Assembly (NCBI RefSeq): GCF_902652985.1
Contig: NC_047017.1
Span: 3,906,001 to 3,970,000 of the forward strand
Reading direction: 5' to 3'
DNA from: Pecten maximus
Lineage: Eukaryota
Length of the DNA: 64,000 nucleotides
Shown: positions 41,395 to 51,937 of the stretch, piece by piece
How the letters are laid out: each line of letters begins with the position of its first letter
Numbering within the stretch: the stretch's first letter is position 1
Program-made: the position numbers and the translations under genes
Notes under the pieces: model-generated
The model's input: only the letters and a program-made list of their open reading frames with translations
Told to the model about the DNA's origin: nothing
The model's database searches: none

Positions 41395-43388
41395 AGTGAG
41401 AATATGACGACGAGGGAGTGATGATGTGACGACGAGGGAATGACAACATGACAACGACGGAGAGACAACATGACGTCGAAGAAGTGACAACATGACGTGG
41501 AGGAAGTGACGATATGACGACAAGTGAGTGACAATATGACGACGAGGGAGTGACGATATGACGACAAGTGAGTGACAATATGACGACGAGGGAGTGACAA
41601 CATGACGACGAGGGAGTGACGACATGACGACGAGGGAGTGACAGCATGACAACGAGGGAATGACAACATGACGACGAGGGAATGACGACATGACGACGAG
41701 GGAATGACGACATGACGACGAGGGAATGACAACATGACGACGAGGGAGTGACGACATGACGACGAAGGAGTGCCGATATGACGACGAGAGAGTGACAACA
41801 TGACGACAAGTGAGTGACAATATGAAGACGAGGGAGTGACAACATGACGACGAGGGAGTGACAACATGACAACGAGGGAATGACAACATGACGACGAGGG
41901 AATGACGACATGACGACGAGGGAGTGACGGAGTGACAACATGACGACGAGGGAGTGACGGAGTGACAACATGACGACGAGGGACTGACGATATGACGACG
42001 AGGGAGTGACGACATGACGACGAGGGAGTGACAACATGACGACGAGGGAGTGACGATATGACGACGAGGGAGCAACAACATGACGACGAGGGAGTGACGA
42101 TATGACGACGAGGGAGTGACGACATGACGACGAGGGAGTGACGATATGATGACGAGGAAGTGACGATATGACGACGAGGGAGTGACGATATGACGACGAG
42201 GGAGTGACGACATGACGACGAGGGAGTGACGATATGATGACGAGGAAGTGACGATATGACGACGAGGGAATGACGACATGACGACGAGGGAGTGACGATA
42301 TGACGACGAGGGAATGACAACATGACGACGAGGGAATGACGATATGACGACGAGGGAGTGACGATATGATGACAAGGCAGTGACGACATGACGACGAGAG
42401 AGTGACGACATGACGACGAGGGAGTGACAACATGACGACGAGGGAATGACGACATGACGACGAGGGAATGACGACATGACGACGAGGGAGTGACAACATG
42501 ACGACGAGGGAGTGACGACATGACGACGAAGGAGTGCCGATATGACGACGAGAGAGTGACAACATGACGACAAGTGAGTGACAATATGAAGACGAGGGAG
42601 TGACAACATGACGACGAGGGAGTGACAGCATGACAACGAGGGAATGACAACATGACGACGAGGGAATGACGACATGACGACGAGGGAGTGACGGAGTGAC
42701 AACATGACGACGAGGAAGTGACGACATGACGACGAGGGAATGACGATATGACGACGAGGGAGTGACGACATGACGACGAGGGAGTGACAACATGACGACG
42801 AGGGAGTGACGATATGACGACGAGGGAGTGACGACATGACGACGAGGGAGTGACGATATGACGTCGAGGGAGTGACAACATGACGACGAGGGAGTGACAA
42901 GGAGGAAGTGACGATATGACGACGAGGGAGTGACAACATGACGATGAGGGAGTGATGACATGACGACGAGGGAGTGACGATATGACGACGAGGGAGTGAT
43001 GACATGACGACGAGGGAGTGATGACATGACGACGAGGGAGTGACAAGGAGGAAGTGACGATATGACGACGAGGGAGTGACGACATGACGACGAGGGAGTG
43101 ACGACATGACGACGAGGGAGTGACGATATGACGACGAGGGAGTGACGACATGACGACGAGGGAGTGACGACATGACGACGAGGGAGTGACGATATGACGA
43201 CGAGGGAGTGACGATATGACGACGAGGGAGTGACGATATGACGACGAGGGAGTGACGACATGACGACGAGGGAGTGACGACATGACGATGAGGGAGTGAT
43301 GACATGACGACGAGAGAGTGACGACATGACGACGAGGGAGTGACGACATGACGACGAGGGAGTGACAATATGACCACGAGGGAGAGAC
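41395..43388. repeat. 22-bp tandem repeat, about 90 units
   Basis: Unit gacatgacgacgagggagtgac. An internal block is duplicated at 764 bp (tgccg variant at 41771 and 42535). Confidence 0.97.
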
Positions 43389-45002
43389 AGCAGAAAGATA
43401 TTTGAAGCTCCGCTGATAAGGATGTTTTAGGTTACAGTATGAAAGTGAAACAGCGATCTGTTATTTCATTTGACCCTTATTATGGACACGATATCGTACA
43501 ATTAAAAAATTTCCTAAAACGTTGATTTTACTGATGGATCCAAGGATGGTAGGGTCGCGTTAATTTCATATAATTACATTCCGATCCAAGTCCGTCTTAA
43601 AAACAATATAAATGAATGTATTAAATATATGCATAATGATGTTCTCTATACAGGACACAAAGAAGCAATATATGTTATAATGATCTCTAAATCAGTTTAA
43701 AAAATCAGTTTACACGACTGTCATTGAGGAACAGAAGACATTAAACCATCTACAAATAGTTTCTGTGACGTCATAGGAAAGGTTGTTTCGTTCACGTGTC
43801 ACACGTGTTGTGTGAGATTAACTATTATACAATAGATATTTCTATTTATAGATCATTGTACGTATATAACTACGTCACGGACTGGTCGTGTGTAATATTT
43901 GGAAACGATTACTTTACGGGTCCGCTAAATATATCTTTAATTAATCCGGGCGACATTTTCAATCATTAAAAACAAAATAGGCGTTTTTAACATTGTATTG
44001 TTTACACTCGAGAGATTTTGTTTGGAACTGTCATTAATCATTCACGATACCATCAAACTAACAAGATGATCGGATATGTATATAAGATATAGTCGAGTTG
44101 AGTAGGCCACACGAAGAATTTAAATTTCTCTTTGGATCCAACAGACCAGAACAGACAGAATTTGGATACGACACAAGAATGAGGCCATACACCAATAATT
44201 GTTTGTTTACTTGTCATATATCTCGAATATTGAAATACAAACGTCAACCTTGCGCAAATTTATTTTTGAGAAGCTATACACCAAACATTTCTACATGTAT
44301 TTTCACCGATTGTCGTAACTTTTGCATGATTTATCAAAAACAACCGAAGCGGTCCAGACTAAAGAAACAAACTTATTCAATTAAAAAAAAAACAACAACA
44401 ACAAAAACAAAACAAAAAACAAAAAACAAAAAACACACACACACTTACACCATCACACATGTAAACGTGTTTCTGTTTTTACCTTCCAGAAATTACCTAC
44501 CCTTGAAACGAGTCTCCCCCATCAGCCCACAATTCTTTCTAAAACGTATTTATCTTGATGAGAAATCTGTTTTCCTTTTCAATTTGCAGTAAAGCTGTGA
44601 TTTCATCCTTACCCTTCAGTTTGCTGGCGATGTTGTGTCAAAATTTTAAATTCATTTTCAGATGTCTGAGTGTGAACATGTAAATTTTAATAAATACCTG
44701 CCGATGTATATTTTGAATCATTTTGTGACATATGATAAATTTGTTTTCTATTGAGTTTTTTCAATCGCATCTCTTTACTGATAAACGTTGTCCTTATTTT
44801 AAAGCTGACAAGACTTTATCGTACTGAGTATCCAAGTAATATTTAAAAGCCTTAATGAGCACGAATACCATTTATTTGTCTTACTATGGCCTTCGATTAT
44901 ATCTACATTGTATATTGTATATACGTACTGTCATAGCGGTTCTCGTTCACAACAAATACGACGGCGACGGTGGTATAGGTCCTTGCCTCACACCGGATCA
45001 AA

Positions 45003-45005
45003 ATG
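45003..45005 (+). CDS. Calmodulin-like gene, exon 1 coding part (initiator ATG only)
   Basis: ggatcaaaATG|gtaaga: good start context followed directly by a strong donor, with an in-frame TAG upstream at 44976. An ATG-only first coding exon is typical of calmodulin genes. Confidence 0.7.
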
Positions 45006-45264
45006 GTAAGATTATGTAGTGGAGTTTACATTGGGTAAGGCTACAGTACTAATATGATGAAAAATGATCAATTCAATGAGAGGTCTAGCTTTCGACATTC
45101 CTCTTTTTTATCAATGCGAGCAGAACATTCTGAACTTTAAGTATGTACACATTTGTTGTGTACCAGTGTGTTTAGAAATCTGCCGGTGCCGACCGAATAA
45201 TATTTCAGAATTGTTCATTTCGGAAATGTGGCAATACATTTTTTTTATATACAAAAAACGTATA

Positions 45265-45443
45265 TGTGTACAAAATGAAGACGGTGCCAAATATCCTGAT
45301 ATGATATGTGTAGAATATGACAATATTATATGTATACCATATGACAATAGTGTTTGTGTACAGTATGACAATAATGTGTGTATACAATATTACAATAGTG
45401 TATTATAAAATATGACAATAGTGTATGCTTACAATATGACAAT
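45265..45443. repeat. 24-bp minisatellite, degenerate left part
   Basis: Diverged copies of acaatatgacaatagtgtatgtgt, cut at ...gacaat by the Crypton-like dimer. Confidence 0.85.
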
Positions 45444-45605
45444 TAAGCATTAAACTGTCTTTTTATGGATTATATGGTCTATATAGATGCCAGAGCTTTG
45501 CAGACAATCTTCATAATGCGCGCTAGCGCATTATGAAATGATTGTCTGCAAAGCTCTGGCATCTATATAGACCATATAATCCATAAAAAGACAGTTTAAT
45601 GCTTA
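45444..45605. repeat. 162-bp near-perfect palindrome/hairpin at the element end (copy 1)
   Basis: taagcattaaactgtc...ttcataatgcgc-gcta-gcgcattatgaa-at-gattgtc...gacagtttaatgctta: 78-bp arms, a 4-nt loop and one 2-nt bulge. Confidence 0.97.
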
Positions 45606-45983
45606 TATTTACGTTTTCTATATTAGTTTCTTTTCGATTTCAACTTTAATTTTCATTATAATTTGAAATCTGACTTTTACCGACGTTTCCGTTGTCAGAG
45701 GTCAACAAATTGAACAGCCTATTGTGATTCACGTGCTGATTGGCAAAAAAAAATAAAAAAAAATAGTGCATGGAAATAATTAAAAAAATACTGAAAACAT
45801 CATCAGATATTTTAATAACAATATCAATAATATTGGTAGTCAGTATTTCAGAATATACGGATGAATTATTCAGTTTATTAACGATTTCGGATTTTTTTTT
45901 TAATTTACCATCCGGAACAATTATGCGGATGGAAATTTCACCCGTCACCACGCGCACGCAACGGCTGACAGCATTGACAGAGT

Positions 45984-46433
45984 TTAGCTATGAAAGTTGA
46001 ATGTGCAGTGGGAGAAAGTGGAATTCGCCAAAAAACCAGATGTAAACATGTTCTTTGATTGCATGGAAACCTGATTACAGTTTATAGTAGCTACAACAGC
46101 ACCGGTGTCAGGGATACGACCAATGTGAGAAGTGACAGTGGCCGAGGGAGTTAGACGAGCTTCAGCGACAACGTTGCTTGTGACGGGTACCATGGCTGTT
46201 TCAAGTTTAGGATGCGTTAGACACGATAATGCACCACTTGATGCTTTCTTTTGTGAAGAAGAAACTGTTCTATTATACGACCGGAGAGAAGCCTCGTTCT
46301 TATGATTTGACATAAACATGATGTGTCGGGTTTCAAAATTTTTGTCATTCAAACACTGGATGGCGGTGGCGCGCAAACAATGTGGTGTGTAATGATTTTC
46401 CACTCTGGCCCCGGAACAAATATCTGTCAACAT
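45984..46433 (-). pseudogene. N-terminally truncated tyrosine recombinase (Crypton/DUF3504-type) fragment, copy 1
   Basis: YTPHCLRATAI (H-x-x-R), IMFMSNHKN (second His) and SLRSY (catalytic Tyr) occur with Crypton-type spacing. An in-frame TAA just upstream of the Met means the first Arg/Lys region is missing. Confidence 0.82.
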
Positions 46434-46758
46434 ATGTGTTTATTAAATCTTGTTTTATTTCCATTTTCGTGATTGTTAACCATTCTTACCTTTATTTTCG
46501 TTTTACATTTTAAGATTTGTTTTCTGGTCTCGTACTCTATCCGATAGCATGATGAGCAATGATAAGATGCCATTTGTTTACATTGGTTGCAAGTAGTTCC
46601 GGGGGATCCGGTCGCGTATGAATAACACCCGAATGCACGATTTGGGTGTCAGTTATGCATAGAATGGTGTCACGCTTTGGGTGTCAGTTATACTCTCATA
46701 GACTGCAAATTTGTTTAGTTTGTTTATATCATGGCTTTGCCATCCAAATGTAAATATT

Positions 46759-46920
46759 TAAGCATTAAACTGTCTTTTTATGGATTATATGGTCTATATA
46801 GATGCCAGAGCTTTGCAGACAATCTTCATAATGCGCGCTAGCGCATTATGAAATGATTGTCTGCAAAGCTCTGGCATCTATATAGACCATATAATCCATA
46901 AAAAGACAGTTTAATGCTTA
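46759..46920. repeat. 162-bp near-perfect palindrome/hairpin (copy 2)
   Basis: Identical by eye to 45444..45605. Confidence 0.97.
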
Positions 46921-47299
46921 TATTTACGTTTTCTATATTAGTTTCTTTTCGATTTCAACTTTAATTTTCATTATAATTTAAAATCTTACTTTTACCGACG
47001 TTTCCATTGTCAGAGGTCAACAAATTGAACAGCCTATTGTGATTCACGTGCTGATTGGCAAAAAAAAAAAAAAAAAAGAGTGCGTGGAAATAATTAAAAA
47101 AATACTGAAAACATCATCAGATATTTTAATAACAATATCAATAATATTGGTAGTCAGTATTTCAGAATATACGGATGAATTATTCAGTTTGTTAACGATT
47201 TCGGATTTTGTTTTAAAAATTTACCATCCGGAACAATTATGCGGATGGAAATTTCACCCGTCACCACGCGCACGCAACGGCTGACAGCATTGACAGAGT

Positions 47300-47749
47300 T
47301 TAGCTATGAAAGTTGAATGTGCAGTGGGAGAAAGTGGAATTCGCCAAAAAAACAGGTGTAAACATGTTCTTTGATTGCATGGAAACAGCATTACAGTTTA
47401 TAGTAGCTACAACAGCACCGGTGTCAGGGATACGACCAATGAGAGAAGTGACAGTGGCCGAGGGAGTTAGACGAGCTTCAGCGACAACGTTGCTTGTGAC
47501 GGGTACCATGACTGTTTCAAGTTTAGGATGCGTTAGACACGATAATGCACCACTTGATGCTTTCTTTTGTGAAGAAGAATCTGTTCTATTGTACGACCGG
47601 AGAGAAGCCTCGTTCTTATGATTTGACATAAACATGATGTGTCGGGTTTCAAAATTTTTGTCATTCAAACACTGGATGGCGGTGGCGCGCAAACAATGTG
47701 GTGTGTAATGATTTTCCACTCTGGCCCCGGAACAAATATCTGTCAACAT
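47300..47749 (-). pseudogene. N-terminally truncated tyrosine recombinase fragment, copy 2
   Basis: Same 149-aa ORF with six residue changes, all C-terminal to the catalytic Tyr. Confidence 0.82.
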
Positions 47750-48087
47750 ATGTGTTTATTAAATCTTGTTTTATTTCCATTTTCGTGATTGTTAACCATT
47801 CTTACCTTTATTTTCGTTTTACATTTTAAGATTTGTTTTCTGGTCTCGTACTCTATCCGATAGCATGATGAGCAATGATAAGATGCCATTTGTTTACATT
47901 GGTTGCAAGTAGTTCCGGGGGATCCCGTCCGTACATCAGGTCGCGTATGAATAACACCTGAATGCACGATTTGGGTGTCAGTTATGCATAGAATAGTGTC
48001 ACGCTTTGGGTGTCAGTTATACTCTCATAGACTGCAAATTTGTTTAGTTTGTTTATATCATGGCTTTGCCATCCAAATGTAAATATT

Positions 48088-48524
48088 AGTATATATGTAC
48101 AATATGACGATAGTATATGTGTACAATATGACAATAGTGTATGTGTACAATATGACAATAGTATATGTGTACAATATGACAATAGTGTATTGTACAATAT
48201 GACAATAGTATATGTGTACAATATGACAATAGTATATGTATACAATATGACAATAGTGTATGTGTACAATATGACAATAGTGTATGTATACAATATGACA
48301 ATAGTATATGTGTACAATATGACAATAGTGTATGTATACAATATGACAATAGTGTATGTCTACAATATGACAATATTGTATGTATACAATATGACAATAG
48401 TGTATTGTACAATATGACAATAGTGTATGTATACAATATGACAATAGTGTATGTATACAATATGACAATAGTGTATTGTACAATATGACAATAGTGTATT
48501 GTACAATATGACAATAGTGTGTGT
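48088..48524. repeat. 24-bp minisatellite (23-bp variants), homogeneous right part, about 18 units
   Basis: Unit acaatatgacaatagtgtatgt(g/a)t, resuming in register (agtatatatgt...) immediately after the element. Confidence 0.95.
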
Positions 48525-48567
48525 GTTAAAATCATGTTTAACTGGTATCCTTTCAATCAACTTTCAG

Positions 48568-48604
48568 CAACAGGACCGTTTAGATGTTGGAGAGGATTTT
48601 GAAA
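48568..48604 (+). CDS. Calmodulin-like gene, exon 2 (QQDRLDVGEDFE + 1 nt); alternative acceptor at 48574
   Basis: ctttcag acceptor and a|gtgagt donor, phase 0 in and phase 1 out, joining exon 3 in frame. The 48574 start gives 31 nt, the length of calmodulin exon 2. Confidence 0.75.
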
Positions 48605-48954
48605 GTGAGTAGAACTTGTAAGAAGTACATGTCCTGCATTTCTCCGAGATTCTTCTTGTGTTAAAATTGTTAATGTCCTTAAATTGATGTCTAATGTGTC
48701 AAAATTGCGGATTTATTCCAAAATTGGCTGACAAAACATAATATAGCGGTACAGTTTTACATGCCTTTCTCTCTATATCTTAAAAGTACTTGGTCTTTTT
48801 GAGGAATATTGCAATGAGAACTAAATTCAGCCTCCGGTCTTCATAAAAGGATATTCTAGTTCTGATGAATCAATCAAAATAAATTGTATGGATATTTCTT
48901 AAAATTCACTTTTAATATATTTCCATAAAATAGATATACAAAAATGTATGTCTA

Positions 48955-49156
48955 CTGTAAACGTGGAAATTTACGCGAGAGGGAAATTTACGCTTTTGAT
49001 CGCGAAAATTTCCCCCATGCGTATTGCTTTGATATCAATTTGAGTAATCTCGAACGATAAACGAATGTGGATCGATCGCGAAAATTACCCGAACGCGTTT
49101 AGTTTACATATCTAAATCGCGAAATTAACCCCCCGCGAAAATAACTACGTTTACAG
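48955..49156. mobile_element. MITE with TA target-site duplication in intron 2 of the calmodulin-like gene
   Basis: ta|ctgtaaacgtggaaattt ... aaataactacgtttacag|ta. Confidence 0.85.
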
Positions 49157-49222
49157 TATTTGATAAATTTGTAGTTTGCTGTCAGTGATGACATATGAAC
49201 AGAATGTTTACTTAATTTCCAG

Positions 49223-49357
49223 AGAGGATCATGGACTCGTTCAAACGGGCCGACGAAGACAACAGTGGCTATCTCGACGCCAGAGAGTTGGGGCTCGTGA
49301 TGCGAGAGCTGGGCTTTAATCCGACGGAAAGTGATCTGGAAAAGATAGATACTGATG
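49223..49357 (+). CDS. Calmodulin-like gene, exon 3 (EF-hand 1 and start of EF-hand 2)
   Basis: ttccag acceptor and g|gtaag donor. Encodes RIMDSFKRADEDNSGYLDARELGLVMRELGFNPTESDLEKIDTD, which aligns to CaM [47 protein letters not shown]. Confidence 0.93.
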
Positions 49358-49381
49358 GTAAGGATAAACTGCATACGTCAT

Positions 49382-49553
49382 GGGACTGCGGTGGCCGAGT
49401 GGTCAATGTGTCCCGACACTTTATCACTAGCCCTCCACCTCTGGGTTGCGAGTTCGAAACCTACGTGGGGCAGTTGCAAGGTACTGTAGGCCGGTGGTTT
49501 TTCTCCGGGTACTCCGGCTTTCCTCCACCTTCAAAACATGGCACGTCCTTATA
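49382..49553 (+). mobile_element. tRNA-derived SINE, 3'-truncated, in intron 3
   Basis: Near-identical to 33282..33460, starting 25 bp after the exon 3 donor. Confidence 0.9.
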
Positions 49554-50073
49554 TGTCAAATGTCAAAAGCATACGTCATACATATAGGGATCGAGGGTTG
49601 GAAGTCGAGTACATGTATATTGTCAATGTTGTACAGGTACATATATTATTGAAGTATTGAAGTTACTATATCCCAGTACAGATACTTTGTACTTGAAGGA
49701 AATAAAACTTATTTCAAATCAATTCATTATTTATTTATTATCGATTTGGGTATTCTTCGAAGCCAAGGACAATTATGGTAATATAAGTTTTGATGAGCGG
49801 GCACAGGGAAACACCGATAATAAAAGTTTTATGTCCCATTGGAGAAAATAAAAGTCACGTTTTGTCTGTATCTGGTTGATGTTCCAGTGAAAAAAATGAC
49901 ACTTTTTCTCCAATTTATCCCGAAAAAATGGCAGTTTATCGACACGTGTATGGCTCTTCTCGACGACAATGGAAAAAAAAAAAAAAAAAAAAAAAAAAAT
50001 AACAGTGCCCTTATCAGCCAGATATGAATATTCTGTAGCCTTATATAAAGTATATTTTTATCTTTATTTTCAG

Positions 50074-50328
50074 ACAATGGAAAAATAGAATTCAACGAAT
50101 TAAGAGATTACGTCATCAAGGAACGCAAAAAACTACTACCACCAAGTGAATTAGAAAAACAATTATGTGAAGCCTTTGGTTTGTTTGACACGTTCAGAAA
50201 AGGTTTCTTAACTTCAGACGAGCTGAAAGTGATTATGAAAGAAAGGGGGGAAACAGTTACGGAAGAAGATTACATGGAGTTTATACAAGAGGCTGATGAC
50301 GACCAGGATGGTCACGTGAATTATAATG
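50074..50328 (+). CDS. Calmodulin-like gene, exon 4 (end of EF2, EF3, EF4 loop)
   Basis: ttttcag acceptor and g|gtaatg donor, phase 1/1. Encodes DNGKIEFNELRDYVIKERKKLLPPSELEKQLCEAFGLFDTFRKGFLTSDELKVIMKERGETVTEEDYMEFIQEADDDQDGHVNYN. Confidence 0.93.
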
Positions 50329-50704
50329 GTAATGTGCTAGAACAAGATCGTTTTACTTCATATACATTTTGTATACTAGCGATTTCGGCTTAAGTTTTAT
50401 AGGTCACGGGTCAAGGTCATCTACTCATGGATCATAACTGAATGTTTCGAATTTCAGAAAAATCATAGGAAAGACAATAAGGGTTTTAGGGTGTTGGTAT
50501 ACGCTTATATGAAATGGAAAAAAAAGAAGGAAGATTTTATTTATTAGATGCATGATGTAACCGATAATTTCAAATCTTAGTATTTTTGTAAGAAACATAC
50601 TTTAAACTGTGTGTAGGTATTTTATTATGTGACATTAAAAAATGAACCATGTTACTTTTGGAAAAGGTAGGAACCTATATCGTACCAGCGATATATTTAA
50701 TCAA

Positions 50705-50785
50705 CGGTCGAACTCATTCAGCACACCTCGCCAGATTCCGTCAGTAGCGGAATTTGCCGAATTGTGCCGAACGCGATCGAACTGT
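50705..50785. repeat. Degenerate fold-back element
   Basis: cggtcga..ttcagcaca / tgtgccgaa..tcgaactg with an inner attccg/cggaat pair. Confidence 0.45.
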
Positions 50786-50978
50786 ATTACTAGGGCATTT
50801 AAAATTGAATGGTAGACATATACAGGTCAACTCCGTACAGTGCTCAAAATATTATGTTCGCTTTCAAAGTTTTGTTGTATTGGCGATCAGATGAAATGTC
50901 GCCGTCAATTATGGTGCTACATGTAATTATGACTTCATAACAACCAAGTGATGGATGGCATTTGCAGGTCTTTGATAC

Positions 50979-51849
50979 CCTTATATTCCGAAGGCCCGTT
51001 AGTCCGAAAGCCCAATACTCCGAAGGCCCGATAATCCGAAAATAGGTAAATAACGATACATGTTGTATAGTAATGTTGATTGTCTTATGTCAGCATTACT
51101 CGAAATTGTTACTTAAATCACCTTTTAAAAATCGGTAATTAGTTTATTACAGATCCATTGTCAAATGATTCATAGGAAACTTTCATAGATAAAGATCATG
51201 TTAACAACTGGTGAACTGCTTCTGTAGCTCGATGAAGCGACAATGTGAATTAACATCAAGAATAATGTATAATCTAAGTTAATGGGGGTAATCATGTAAA
51301 AGAAACGACATAATAAGCATGGATCTAGAAGAAAATGAATGTTCAAACTGGATATGAAGTTAACAGACAAAACTTGTTCCGCTTCGCTTAGTACCAATAT
51401 CCAGTGTCGCTCCCATACGGTGTTAATTCAACGAATCCCCAACAAAAATTGACGCTATAACCGCCCACCATCATCAAGATGTTAGTCTCGCACTCCCCAG
51501 ACTGGGAAGAAACGACAACTCTGGAAAACGCAAAAATTGCGTTGACGAGTCCATTCTAAATGGCGCCGCTGTGAAGCGTAACGTTGCAAGGACACGACGT
51601 CAAAGATTTCATATATATATATCACTGATCCACGCACTTTTTGGCACAAAGATTTTTTTCTTTCGGTCTTTAATTCCATATTTTTCGTATATATATTCTG
51701 TCATACTCGTGATACACATCTTATACTCAACAGGAAACCATTCATACATGCATATAACCATTTATCCAAGTTTTAATATTACCTATTTTCGGACTATCGG
51801 GCCTTCGGACTATTGGGCCTTCGGGTTATCGGGCATTCGGAATATAAGG
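50979..51849. mobile_element. Non-autonomous DNA transposon with ~70-bp internally repetitive TIRs, in intron 4
   Basis: Left ccttatattccgaaggcccg...tccgaaaataggtaa and right ttacctattttcgga...ttcggaatataagg. The TIRs are built of 16-bp subrepeats. TSD not identified. Confidence 0.85.
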
Positions 51850-51937
51850 CGATCACCATAATCCGCTCCGGTAAGTTATAAATCATATTCACCGATAACA
51901 GGGTTATTATAATAACTTCATATTTTCCTTATTTCAG

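Larger units (their letters stand above)
45444..46758 (-). mobile_element. Crypton-like (tyrosine recombinase DNA transposon) non-autonomous element, copy 1 (1315 bp)
   Basis: Contains a YR C-terminal ORF and a terminal 162-bp palindrome. Boundaries are defined by the tandem junction and by the interrupted minisatellite. No TSD. Confidence 0.8.
46759..48087 (-). mobile_element. Crypton-like element, copy 2 (1329 bp), head-to-tail with copy 1
   Basis: Junction gtaaatatt|taagcatt at 46758/46759. Colinear with copy 1, differing by scattered substitutions and a 13-nt indel. Confidence 0.8.

Noticed and set aside
41277-43377. Three overlapping 650-690 aa ORFs on the minus strand
   Set aside because: They result from a 22-bp repeat lacking stop triplets on that strand. 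The same peptide appears in all frames and there is no gene context.
45444-48087. Helitron or DDE-transposon interpretation of the dimer
   Set aside because: There are no 5'-TC/CTRR-3' ends, no paired TIRs at both termini and no TSD, and the encoded fragment has tyrosine-recombinase motifs.
47982-48560. YTYTIVIL / VYNMTIVY ORFs
   Set aside because: Translations of the 24-bp minisatellite.
49231-49587. 118-aa ORF as a complete protein
   Set aside because: Only the first ~42 codons are exon. The rest reads through the donor into an intronic SINE.
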